Below, one piece after another: positions 13,501 through 25,135 of a stretch of DNA of 64,000 nt. The notes under the pieces were generated by a model. That model was not told the origin of the DNA, searched no databases, and saw only the letters and a program-made list of their open reading frames with translations. Source of the DNA: Fonticula alba ATCC 38817 (taxonomy: Eukaryota; Protista; Nucleariida); the NCBI GenBank assembly GCA_000388065.2, contig KB932202.1; one strand, given 5' to 3'. The position numbers were made by a program, and so were the translations under genes. Numbering within the stretch: the first letter of the stretch is position 1; the number at the start of each line of letters is the position of its first letter.

Positions 13501-15699
13501 CACCCGACAAACAAGTCGGCCACACCATCGCCATCGGCATCGGTGGCCACCAGGAAGGCCCGCTCCACCGGGAGCACGGTGTCCAGGGGGAATTCAAACG
13601 CCAAGGCGCCCAAATCCACAAGCCTGGAGTCACCGGTTTCGGAGAAGAGATTGCGCAGAAGACGAATCGGCCGCCGGGGAGCCGCAACCGGAGGGAAGTT
13701 GTTTGTCGGCCAGCCGGGCGGCGGCGGGGTGTCCGCCAACAATGCCCCACGTTGCGAAGGGGTTTGGGGCGCCGCGACGGGCATCTCCGACCAGGTGGCC
13801 AACAGGGCCACATCCATGTCGCCATCGCCATCAAAGTCCCCGGCCACCAGGGCATGGATGACGCCATTGGTGAAGGTGATCAAGCGAATGGGCCGCACCG
13901 AGCCATTGGTCGAGGGCTCCGTCGAACCAAGGAGGGGCGCCGGGATGTGCCACAAAACATGCGAGGTCCCACAATCCAAGGGCCGAGGCTCGGTCACCTC
14001 GGCACAGCTGACCACCAAAAGATCATCCAGGCCCGACCCGGGGACCAGCTCCACGGCCAGCGTGCGCAGGACCACCGAGGGAATGGAAAAGAGGCTTTGA
14101 CCACCGGGCGAGAGGAAGATCGACACGGTGTTCCGCTCGATGACCGACAACGGGGTCAGGCGATCCGGCAGGGAGAAGCGCCCAGATACCACATACCGGC
14201 GGGCGGACTGCACCATTTCCCCCCGGGGCAGGTGCATCTGCATGCCCTCACGGTGAATGTGCACCAAGTGCGGAAGAGGCAGCGGATTGACCCGAGAGCT
14301 TTCCGCCTGCCCGAGCCAGCGGATGGCCCCTGTCGGGTCCACCCCGAGCGACGTCCCGAACAGCGTGGTCCCGGACACCGACAGGCGGAATTCCGGCCAA
14401 TTGACCAGCCCCTCGGTGTCGCAGGCCGAGCGCCGAGTGACCTCGGCCACGGAAGTGTGGTTGGGGCCTGTGCCCAGGAAGAGCCGCGAAGGGCCGGACC
14501 CGGGCTCGGAAACGTCGCCAATCGGATGGAAGATCGGGTAAGAAGCAATGCTCACCCGGCGCATTTGAGCCGACAACGGGCCAAAGGCCAGCTCTGTCAC
14601 CGGCGCGATGGACCGCATCTCGGTGACCCAGGAGAAGGAGCCAACATCGACCGCCTGAATCGGGCACAGGGGCAGCTCATCCGAGGCATCTTCGGAACTG
14701 CCACCACCAGGACCAGGGCCCAGAGAGGGCTCGGAGCCCGGGACAGGCATGGTGAAAGAGCCAGCTTCCGGACCAGACCCGGGAGGGGGACCGGAGCGGG
14801 AGCCGGGGCCGGAGCGAGAGCCGGAGCCAAAGTCGGAACTGGAACTGGGGCTGGGGCTGGGGCTGCTGCTTGAGTCAAGATCAGTCGGGCTGCCATCATG
14901 ACTGCCAGCAAGCTTGGTATGCTGATCGGCACTGCCAGTGGTCTCGGGGGTGTGGGGGCCGCCACGCGCGCCACCAATCGCATGGTCGGTGTCGCCGATC
15001 GGATTTCCCATGCTGCGGGACCCTGAACCGGGCCAGCTGCCGGACGAGGTGGCCGGGTCGGAGGTGGGCAAGGAAGCCCTGGCGACCGAGCTGGGGATGC
15101 TTTGCGGACGCGATGCCGCGACAACACGCATCTTGGACTTGGACCAATCCCGCGACTTGACCGACCAGGGCCGACAGGGGACGCCAGACCCACTGGATGA
15201 GGAAGAGCTGGCATCTTGCGAACTACCATGCATGGATGGCTCTCCCGGGGATGGTGAGGGAGAGGCAGATAAAGCGCCACTCGAGTTGGAAGTAGCAGCC
15301 GGAGTGGCCATGCCAGACGTGGTAGTGGCATTTGAAGGGGAAGACCTTGAGGAGGCTCCGGCAACTTGAACTCCGACTGGCTGGTTTCCATGCCAAGCAG
15401 TGGCCGGGCCGGGAGCCGCAGCTGTGGTTGATGCGCACACGCCGACCGCATAGTCGAAGCCATCGGGACAGGTGGTTGCCTCGATGCAGTGACCACCCGC
15501 CAGCAGGAAGCCCTCTTGACACCAGAGACAAACCCCGGGGAAGCGCCGGTCACATGTGTGACATCCCTCGAAACAACGACTGGTACAGGCTATCGAGAGG
15601 AGGGGTTATCATGCTTTGTGTCAGATGGGGGGGGGAGAAGGGGGAGAAGGGGGAGAAGGGGGAGAAGAAGAAAAAGAAGAAGAAAAATAAAAAGGAGAC

Positions 15700-15746
<47 letters not shown>

Positions 15747-18278
15747 CGCACCTGTGCCAGCGAAGCCCGGGCGACAAAACTCACACCTGCCCACCGAGTC
15801 ATGTTGAATGTTGGCCGCGCAAGCGCACACATTGCCATCCATAGAAGGGTAAGGATAGAGCCCGGCATCCAGAGACGTCGGCCAGCGACAGCCACCGGAG
15901 GCACCGCAATCGCAAAGAGCTCCACTTGAGGTGGCGACTGCCAGGGCCGCCTCGGTGGCTGGCACCAACACCACAACCAGCGTCTCGCTGTTGGCCGTAT
16001 TGAGGAGAGTCGATGCGTTGGAGAAGAAAGGCATTGGATGGATGAGGGGGCTTTCAACGGGCAGACGTGAAAACCCGAGCACCACCTCCGCATGCCCATC
16101 CCCATTGAGGTCCAACACCTCCATCCAACGGACTGGCGAGAGGGCCAAGCGATCGCGCACGACCGGCGGAAGGGTCGCACGGGTCCAGGCCCGCCCGGAG
16201 GGAGTGAGCTCTGCCGGGCCAGCGGCCGGCATCTGTGCCAGCGGACCCAGGAAGTAGCCCAATTCGCCGGACGCACAGAGGACCACCACATCGACCATGC
16301 CATCGGCATTGACGTCTGCCAGCCGGACCCATCCCACACTTGTCAGGCAGGGAACCGGCAATGTGTGAAGCGAGTAGTGCGGCTGGGCGTCGGGGGATCC
16401 GCACGCCCCGGCCAACAGGGCCGACAGAGCAAGCTTGCCCCCGGAGCCGGAGGTCAGAAGCACAAAGTCCGCACAGGGGGATGGCATGGAACCCCCATCG
16501 AGCTTGGTCAGATGAGCTGGCCGGGCAAACACGACCGACTGCGCCTCCAAGGGAAGAGTGAACAACACCTCCGGCGGGAAGTCCATCGTGGTGGCTGGAG
16601 ACGAAGCCACCACGGATGTACGCAACCGCAAGAGCTTGATGGGTGTGGTGGCTGACGGCCGATGGCGCAACATGACCAGCAAGTCCGGGTCGCCATCCCC
16701 ATCGGTATCAGCCGAGGACAGCCAAATCCCCTCCGGAGGAGGCCGGGACTCAGAGGCGGAGGGGGAGATTGAAAATGTGGCTGGCCCATCTGCCGATGAG
16801 GCCGGAGAACTGCCCGCCGAAAAGCCAGACACCGAGGAGGAAGCCGACTCGAAGGAGGACCCGGGGACATGGCTCGAGGGTGCCCCAGATGAGGAGGACG
16901 AGAAGGAGAGAGAGGAAGAAGAGGCGCCCGATGAGGATGCGGCAGCTGATGAAGAAGAGGCGCCCGATGAGGATGCGGCAGCTGATGAAGAGGAGGAAGC
17001 AGCCGGTGAGGAAGCAGCAGCTGATGATGAGGAGGAAGCAGCCGGTGAGGAAGCAGCAGCTGATGATGAGGAGCCAGCCGGCGAAGAGGCGTCTGCCGTT
17101 GAGGAGGAGGCAGCCAATGAGGAGGAGGCAGCTGGCGAAGAGGCGTCTGTCGACGAGGCATCTGCCGGCGGGGAGGAGCCTGTCGAGGAGGCATGTGAGG
17201 AGTGTGGCGCGGATCCGGTCGAGGAGGTGGAAGTGTCCGAAAAAGAGCCGGAGGTAGAAAAGGAGGCAGATCCCTGTCCAGGCGGGGCTGACTTGGCGGC
17301 TGGCCATCCGAGCTCGGGCCGCAGGACCAAAGGGATGTCAGCAGCCCATGATGCGGTCGTGGAAAAGGGCCGTCCGGGTGTCACCATTGGCAGGACCAGA
17401 TCCCGAAAGAGGACCAAATGCCCCGAGGAAGAGGTGATGCCAACGAGTGCTGTCAGGCGCTTGGAGGCCGACCCGAAAAGGGCCACCGGCTGCTGGTCGA
17501 CAGCCTGAAAGAAAACGAGATCCTCCTCCGGAAGCCAGAACGAGGGCATCACATCGAAGGAAAACCGGCATTCGGCCATCAGGGCCACCCGGATCGGGGA
17601 GTTGGATGCATGCGCGGTGGATCGAATGACAAACACCGAACGCGAGTCGCTCCAGGGGTGCTCATCCAAACCGGCGATGCGGAGGGAGGGCGCGTCGCCA
17701 CCGACGGCAGAAGCCCCGGCAGCCTGACTCAGGGGCAGCCCGGCCGGACAGCCCGCCGCCGGCACAACACCCGGTCCGGGACTCGAACTGCCATGGGCCG
17801 GAGGGGGTGTCCCGGGGGGGACCGATGCGGCGAGCCGTAGCCAGGGCCCGGTGGCCAAGGAGGCGGTCGATCGCCAGGGCAACACCGGGGAGGCATGCAT
17901 CAAAAGCCCGGCCACGGTGCTGCCTGCCTCGAAGCATAGCTCCAGCGTGCCGTCCGCGCGCATGGCGGACCCGTGCCAGGTGTGCCAGGCGTCCACCGGG
18001 ATCGGCGCATCGGCTGAGTAGGATGCCGGTACGAAGGATGTGGCGCTCAGCAGGAACTCAATCCCCGGATTTGGGGAAGTGCTTGTCCGTGTCGAGCGCG
18101 AGCGCGGAGGCCCCGGCTCGGCTCCGGCCCCGGGGGCCAACAATAGAAATAAGAGAAAAACCCCGATCAAACCGACACCCGGGCGAGATGCCAGTTGGGG
18201 GGAGAGGTGGCACCGCCGCCGGCCAGCATGTGGCCTAATCGGCGGCTCGAGGCCAGCCGAGGCATTACGGGAAACCAT
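4904..18278 (-). CDS. Giant single-pass receptor Ser/Thr (TKL-like) kinase, ~4,005 aa: signal peptide, 3x(FG-GAP module + EGF-like), ~15 furin-like repeats, TM, kinase
   Basis: Manual exon join: 18278-15752, 15589-~13058 (alternative donor at 13046), 12863-7695, 7502-7263, 7088-7032, 6857-6012, 5813-5530, 5266-4904. All junctions are GT-AG and phase-compatible, totalling ~12,018 nt. There is an in-frame stop just upstream of the ATG at 18278. The protein has a signal h-region (GLIGVFLLFLLLAPGAGA), a TM helix (VILLWVVMGVGFALILATLFSFWLFFGCW) and kinase motifs LGEGTQASV, VAK, FLQEVSVM, HCDVKPANVF, GDFG, YSAPE, SDVYAFG and PDDRP. Confidence 0.85.
5318..5383. other. Assembly gap inside the last intron of the receptor kinase
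   Basis: A run of N. The flanking exons join in frame (APE|LLV), so no exon needs to be missing. Confidence 0.95.
7780..10700 (-). repeat. Array of ~15 furin-like cysteine-rich repeats in the receptor ectodomain
   Basis: Recurrent CxxCxxxCxxC units include CQRCNTRCRTC, CAECDASCRTC, CEPCHPLCKTC, CAPCHGTCGEC, CLPCHSSCLRC, CQACHSSCLSC, CASCSTGCGSC, CFSCYPFCASC, CQPCHGACMTC, CISCPSHCHSC, CRICASTCTQC, CVPCPSGCRSC and CLACHPACEQC. Confidence 0.9.
11020..16720 (-). other. Nine FG-GAP/VCBS-type Ca2+-binding DxDxDG motifs arranged 3+3+3
   Basis: Exon 1: DTDGDGDPDL, DVNADGMVDV, DLNGDGHAEV. Exon 2: DFDGDGDMDV, DADGDGVADL, DLDGDGFAEL. Exon 3: DLDGDGRPDL, DLDRDGDIDL, DFNGDGVPEI. Confidence 0.85.
15699..15746. 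repeat. (GAT)n microsatellite, ~15 units, inside receptor intron 1
   Basis: A perfect gatgatgat... run lies next to GAA/GGGGAGAA repeats, between the donor at 15751 and the acceptor at 15590. Confidence 0.9.
16915..17170 (-). repeat. Coding tandem repeats (36 nt x2, 39 nt x2, plus degenerate copies) encoding a Ser/Ala-rich linker
   Basis: gaagaagaggcgcccgatgaggatgcggcagctgat occurs at 16915 and 16951. gaggaggaagcagccggtgaggaagcagcagctgatgat occurs at ~16990 and ~17029. On the - strand these translate as SSSSAAASSPAA / SSSSAAASSSGA. Confidence 0.85.
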
Positions 18279-18875
18279 GGTAGCCAGTCAGGGCGGCGGG
18301 CGCATAGCACTGCACGAAGTAGGACTGGTGAGAATGAAAGCAAGGGGAGGAGAAGAGAGGGGAGGGGAGGAGAGGGGGAGAGACACAGAGAGACACAGAG
18401 AGACAGAGAGAGAGAGAGAGAGAGACAGAGAGGAAAAGAAGCCGCGAGGAAAAAGGGGGGAAGGTGAATGGAGGCCCAACACCTGGGGAACAGGCGGGCA
18501 GCGGGGAGGGCGAACCATCACAGGCTGCTCGGGCAGCAACGGGTAGGACGAACGGAGTGGAGGAGTCCAGGGAGCCAGAGAATGCGATCCGGCGATCGGG
18601 AGGAGAGGGCGCGGGTGGATGGGGCCGAGGAGCAATGGGGGAGGGGAGAAGAGAGGGGGAGCAGGAGGAGGAGGAGCGGGAAGATGGGGGGATGATCGGA
18701 AGGGAAGGAGAAGTGAGGGAGATGGGTTCTGGTGTCTGCGGACTTCGGAAAACCTGGCCTCTGCCCAGACAGGCATCTGAAGGGTGACGAAAAGCAGGCC
18801 CTCGCGGCGGGGCGGCGGAAGGCCCGGAAGATGTTGTGGGCGCGGAGACCATCCCGTCCTGGGGGGGGGGGGGGG

Positions 18876-19557
18876 NNNNNNNNNNNNNNNNNNNNNNNNN
18901 NNNNNNNNNNNNNNNNNNNNNNNNNNNNNNNNNNNNNNNNNNNNNNNNNNNNNNNNNNNNNNNNNNNNNNNNNNNNNNNNNNNNNNNNNNNNNNNNNNNN
19001 NNNNNNNNNNNNNNNNNNNNNNNNNNNNNNNNNNNNNNNNNNNNNNNNNNNNNNNNNNNNNNNNNNNNNNNNNNNNNNNNNNNNNNNNNNNNNNNNNNNN
19101 NNNNNNNNNNNNNNNNNNNNNNNNNNNNNNNNNNNNNNNNNNNNNNNNNNNNNNNNNNNNNNNNNNNNNNNNNNNNNNNNNNNNNNNNNNNNNNNNNNNN
19201 NNNNNNNNNNNNNNNNNNNNNNNNNNNNNNNNNNNNNNNNNNNNNNNNNNNNNNNNNNNNNNNNNNNNNNNNNNNNNNNNNNNNNNNNNNNNNNNNNNNN
19301 NNNNNNNNNNNNNNNNNNNNNNNNNNNNNNNNNNNNNNNNNNNNNNNNNNNNNNNNNNNNNNNNNNNNNNNNNNNNNNNNNNNNNNNNNNNNNNNNNNNN
19401 NNNNNNNNNNNNNNNNNNNNNNNNNNNNNNNNNNNNNNNNNNNNNNNNNNNNNNNNNNNNNNNNNNNNNNNNNNNNNNNNNNNNNNNNNNNNNNNNNNNN
19501 NNNNNNNNNNNNNNNNNNNNNNNNNNNNNNNNNNNNNNNNNNNNNNNNNNNNNNNNN
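18876..19557. other. Assembly gap (~680 N) flanked by poly-G on both sides
   Basis: A run of N bounded by G homopolymers. Confidence 0.99.
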
Positions 19558-20241
19558 GGGGGGGGGAGGGGGGCGGGCTTGCGACCAAGGCTGGCAAGAG
19601 GGCGTTGCTTCGAGCCGGCAATCGCCGCCACGCCGGGGATGGTCACAGGCGGATGGAGGAGGACCGGCTGGCCAGTGGCCACTCTCACTGGTGGGCGTCC
19701 AATGCCTCTGCCCCGAGTAGAAGAGGCAGGACCGCACATGCAGGCCAGCGCGGAATATTATTCATCGCACCAAGGGGCCCGCACGACCCATGGGGAGAAG
19801 CACAACTGCCCTTTCGAGCGCCGGAGCGGTACCCGCCCTGCCCCTTCTCGCCCGGTCCTGGACAACCTGGACGATGCCCCCGCGCGCGCGCGCGCGCTCG
19901 CTCAGAGCGGGCAGGATCTCCCGGACGACTTTTTCGGGGAGGCCACCACAAGCTGGCCGGCTGGAATGCCCCTCCCCCCCCCCCCCCCCCCCCCCCCCCA
20001 ACTCCCCCCCCCCCCTCCACCCCCCCCCCGGGCGAGACCTAATATACAACGGCCCCACACCACACCCCCGAGGGCAGACCGGCCACCACTGGAGGGAAGA
20101 AGAGCGCCGAGCGTGCCCCCGAGGTTCCCGGCCCATCGGGGCAGGTCCGCCAAGCCCCGCGCGAGGCCCGACCGCGGACAGGGCTCCCCCCCCCCCCCGC
20201 GGCGGGGGGGGGGGGGGGGGGGGGGGCTGGGCCACGTCTGG

Positions 20242-20348
20242 NNNNNNNNNNNNNNNNNNNNNNNNNNNNNNNNNNNNNNNNNNNNNNNNNNNNNNNNNNN
20301 NNNNNNNNNNNNNNNNNNNNNNNNNNNNNNNNNNNNNNNNNNNNNNNN
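20242..20348. other. Assembly gap
   Basis: A run of N just after a long G tract. Confidence 0.99.
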
Positions 20349-23300
20349 CGGAACATCCTGCCGGGGTGCCGGCCCGCACGCCCATTCCCCCGCCCCGCTG
20401 CTGTGCCATCGTCTTGAACACCAGAGCGTGCCGATCCTCCGTGTCGTATCGCTGGCATGTGGGCGCGCTGTCTGTCGGTTCTCGTTCGCCGGCCGGGCGC
20501 GACAGCCTAACGGCCGAGTGAGGAGTCCAGGGGACCCCAGGCGCAAGTGTGTGGCGTGTGTGCACGCGTGCACACACGCAAGCACCGGGACAGTTCGCCA
20601 GGCTCCACGCCCATGCTTTGGCATGTGGCTATCTTACGGAATTACAACGAGGGACGGGAGACAGGTCGAAAGGGCGAGAGCCAGTCAGGCAGAGATGCAC
20701 ACGGAGACACGAAGGCGAGCCGCAGGCCAGGCACCGGGGCTTCGACGAAGAGACACAGCAGCCAGCACACGCAAGAGGCCGCGAGGGGCGGGCACGTACG
20801 CTGGGAACCAGCGCGGCCCCGCTCGCCCCCCCCCCCCCCCCAGGCCGCCTCTGCTCCCAACTCTCCCAACAGCCATTTCCCCTCCCGGGTAACGTGGCAT
20901 CACCGGCGTTCTTCGGCGGCCACGGCCGAGTGAACGACCCGCTCGGGCTCCGGTGTCTCTATGGACCCATACCACGGAGCCAGGGGCCCGAGAGGCGGGG
21001 GCGTGCTCGTGCCAGCAGCCCGAGACAGGCCGGAACCGAGCCCAGGAAGTCGGTCGTGTGCGAGCGCGTGAGGATGTGTATGAGCCACCTCCCCGGCCCC
21101 GCCCCCCCCCCGCCCCCCCCCCCGCTCTCCCTTTCCTCTAGGGGCCTCGGGGCTGGGGTCTCCACCGAGGGGAACATTCGAAGGGGTGCGTCTCCTTGGT
21201 GGCCGAAACGGCTGCCGACATCCATCCTCGCTGGGAGCACCCCGCGCGCGCGCGCGCGAATGCGAGCACCAGGCCACCACGCCCGCACCACGGTCCCCTC
21301 TCCAGGCCAGTCACAAAAGACCCAAGGGAGCGGCGAAAAGGCCCCGAGTGGATGGCTCCCTGCGGATGCCCCTGAAGCGGGGCACGCGTGGACAATCTCC
21401 ACAAGCGAGGACCCGCTCCCCTCCAGCCAGGCTTCCCCCGCCCCAGCCTGGCAACATTGCCGCCCCAGCGACTGGCCGACAGGGGGCGGCGTCCTCCCGG
21501 GCCATCACACAGGCCACCGAGATGCACCTTCACCTTCGAGCGCCATGAAACAAGGGGGGGGAGTCGCCCCAAGGCGCGCATGGGCCAGCACAAAAAGGGG
21601 GTCCCAGCAAGGCTGAACATCCTCCCCCCCCCCTCTGGGCGATCACCAACCACCCTCCCCGCAGGACGGGGTCTCCAAGTGGCCGGGGGGCGGGGAGAGG
21701 GGGGGGGGGGGAGGCTGGCGCACACCAACACACGCCGCATGTCCACCGTCCCCGGCACTCCGCGCCCCTCCGGTGCCGTGTCCTGTCTTCATGTGCCTAC
21801 ATGTCCTCCATGCGGCGCGGAGTTCTACGCAGGAACCTGCCATGATACCCTCCGAAACGCCGGACCGGATGCGTAGACACACGCACCGGAGAGGAGAGGG
21901 GTCGAGCCCCTTGCCCGCTTCGCGGCCCCGACCTCGCCCTCCGTGGTCGAACATGCGACCCGAGGCGTCAAACTGGCCCCGGCTCCAGCCGCCGCCGCCC
22001 CCGCCGCCGCCGCCGCCGCGCCGCCCTCCCTGCCTCCCTGCCTCCCCACCTCCCCAGGCCCCTTTTGGCGCCTGCCTCACTCAACCGCCCGGAAGAGCCC
22101 CACCCTCCTCCGCCCTTCTCGAGACGCTCTCCATCCGAGGTCCGGCCGCGCTAGCCTGGACCCGCTGGGCCGAATGTTCGCCTCTCGGTGTGATTAGGTG
22201 TCCCCGTGATGTGTAATGTCATTGAACAATGCTGTTCTATTGCCACGGAGATCGTGTGACGATGAGAGGGTAATTTCGAAACCGCCCTCCGGGCGTTCCG
22301 GTATTTTCCCCCCCCCCCCCCCTCGGCCAGTCAACCAACCCAACCGGGCCCAGCTTGGGAGCGTGTACCGGTGGCCGGTATTTCCGCCAGCTCCGTCCTG
22401 TGAGAGGCCCTCTGGAATCCGAGGGGGGCATTAGCCCGGGAGGGGGAGGAACAAGAGGGGGGATGGTCGGTCCACGGTAGGAGGCATTTTCCGCGCTCCC
22501 CTTGACAGAGGGGGAGAAGGCCATCGACGGGGGCGATAGAATGCGCGAGAGAGAGAGAGAGAGAGAAAGAAGAAGATGATGATGATGAAGATGCTGAAGG
22601 AAAGGCACCGAGGGCGGGGGGCTGATCGGGGCAAGCCCTCAACGGCCAGACGGCCGTTCAGTCGCTCGCCCACCCGCCGGCCACCGCCCCTCCCCATGGG
22701 GCACTGATCTCCACACGAAGAGGGAAGCATTCCCCGTGCCCGGATGTACATTCCTTGAGGGCCGGCCTCTTCGGCCGCCAAGTCGATGCGCAGGGGAGGG
22801 CCCAGGCGGGCGAGTGGGCCGGCCGGCCGGCAGACGGCACATGCCCCCACGCGCAGACTCCTCGCGTCGGGCGCCTCGCGCGATGACCCTCCCGGCCCTC
22901 GGGCTGTCGATGACGAAATCCCCACAGACGTAGGGTTGCCGCCCCACATCCCAGTCCTCGGAACCTGCTGGCTCTCCGGGCTGAGGGGACCCGGCCCAAA
23001 AAGAGCGGGGTGGGGCAGGGCGGGGGGGGGGAGGGCGACGGATGAAAAAAGGGGCGGCACCTGGTCGGCATCCCGCTCGCCAAAAAGTAAAATGCCCGCT
23101 CCCCTGGCCCGGCACCGGGCACAGAGGGGTGCATCGAAAGACACACCCTCCAGAGGACCCTTGATGCTGTATTTTCCCGGGCAAGAATGCGTCCGAAAGC
23201 CAAAGCACCACAATGAGGAACATGGCCGATCAGGCGGGGCGGTGCCACAGCCAGCTCGGCAGACGGCCGCGCTCTACCGGGAATCTAGTCGAGAAAAAAA

Positions 23301-24169
23301 GGTCGGCGCCGGGCCGATACACGCGAGGGTGGGGAGGATGTTCGAAGGGGAGCCGGCCGAAGTGCTCCCCCCCGGGGGGGGGAAGGAACAAGGGACGACA
23401 GAGAAGGATACAGGTCCCCCCTCGTGCTCGGGCACAAAATACCGTGTATGTTGAGCGTAATATCTTATGCATTTATCTAACCCGCCCTCCAGGCGCGGAG
23501 GGAATGCGCTTGGGCCAGCCCATCCCCAAGGCTCGTAGGCCTCTCATCTGCATGCCCCCCCCCCCGGTCCCCCTCGCGCTCCCCCCTCCCCATGCCAGCC
23601 CCGAAGTAGGGACCGGGGCGGCTCCGGAGACTGCGGGAGTCATGAGCGGTAGCGTGTTTATTTCTTCCGGCTCCCCCCCCCTCCCTCCGCGGCGTCTGGC
23701 CGGATGGTTAGCCGTTGGGGCTGCGCCCCCCGCTCCCGGCCCCGGGGCCACGTACATTCCCTTGCCCATTCTGCTCGGGGTGGGCCTGCCGCGTTCTCCG
23801 TGCCCCCCGCCTGTTCCCGCCCCCGAGAGGCCCCTCAGTCTGGTTCCTCATGTCGGCCTCCCCCTGCCTGGTGCGCCTTGCTAGTGGTCGGCCGGGTCAG
23901 GACGCGCCTCGTTCTTCCACTGGCATGCGCCCGGGCGCGGGCCGCACACACACTCACACACACACATGCATAGACACATGCCCTGCCGCACCCCAGGGCA
24001 CCCGACCCCCGCCCACTCACATGTCCGGTGCGGCAGGCATCGGGCGATACATGAAGGAAAACCCCGGAACGGAGACAGGACCGGCGCGGCGCGCTCGAGT
24101 GTGCCAACCTGGCCGCTCTTTGTTTTTAATTTCCCCAGCTCCCCGCCCCCACCCGGGCCGACTCGCTCT

Positions 24170-24204
<35 letters not shown>

Positions 24205-25135
24205 GGGGCCCGGTCGCCCCGTTCCAGTGCCTTCGGGCCTGGGTGTCTCCCGCTCACGGCTGGGGGAGGGGGGGGGGGCTGGGGACGGGGCGGGGCGGGG
24301 CAGGGCGGGGCGGGGGGCGGCTTGGTCGCACGTTCCCCCCCCCCCCCTGCCCGCTCCCAGCCCCGTCCGCCGCTCCTCGCGCCCGGCCCCCCTTCTCATT
24401 CAGGGGCATCAGCACATTCGAACTCGGTTGCCGCGGCCCCGGTGGCCGGCCCCCGGCCCCTAGTCCGACAACATTGCCCTCCCGGCGCCCTCGCCCTCTC
24501 CAGGGAAACGGGCCCCAGTTTTTTCGGGCGTCGCACCGACTGCCTGGGCGATCACCCCCGGCCACAACAGGTGAATGGACCCCCGTTCGTTTGCCCCTTT
24601 CTTCCCCTCTCTTTCGCCCCTGTTCCTTTCGCTCTCCCTCCGCGTACATACCCCCTCGTTCTGCCCTGCCCCCCTCCCCCTCCTTCTTTCTCTATCTCTC
24701 CCTCCCTCCCTCTCTCTCTCTCTCTCTCCAGACACCATGCACACACACACACACACATACTCGCCGCACAAACTCCCTTTTCATCTGCCCCCCCTTTCTC
24801 GCTTCATCGCCTCTCCCCCGCCAGTCCGCCCATCGCCCTGCGGCACCGCCTCCGCCGCCGCCGCCGCCGCCGCCGCATTGCATCCTATGGTGCAATGTCC
24901 TGCGCCGTGCCCTGCTGCTTCCTCGACCTCCCGCGCCTCGCTCGACCGACGCTCGCACACTGACCACAGTGTCTCTTCCCGCCCCCCCCCCTTCCCACCT
25001 CCCTCCTGCCCCTCCCTTGCCTCTCGACTTCCCGGCTCCTCTCACTGCCGGTGCTCCTGGTGGGCATTCCTGTCGTTGTCGTCGTCGTCGTCGTCGTCGT
25101 TGCCAGTCCTTGTCTGGAGTTTGATCCACCCCGCC

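Noticed and set aside
16915-17070. Direct repeats of 36-39 nt as a possible CRISPR array
   Set aside because: The copies are directly adjacent with no unique spacers, lie in frame within a eukaryotic coding exon, and have no cas genes nearby.
16558-17508. 316-aa Glu/Ala-rich + strand ORF
   Set aside because: It is the antisense reading of the Ser/Ala repeat linker inside receptor exon 1.
7240-18278. Treating ORFs 7240-13083, 12672-15440 and 15621-18278 as three separate genes
   Set aside because: Only the most 5' ORF has a signal peptide. The other two start at GTG inside upstream exon or intron sequence, and their ends read through donors into microsatellite or poly-C introns. Phase-compatible GT-AG joins link all three.
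18265-20892. Long ORFs spanning the N gaps
   Set aside because: Their length comes from N runs. The flanking translations are poly-Pro/Gly from homopolymer tracts.
22190-22290. AT-richer patch with GTGATG/GATGA boxes, a possible C/D snoRNA
   Set aside because: I could not find a convincing C box/D box pair with a terminal stem by eye. An Rfam/snoscan search would be needed.
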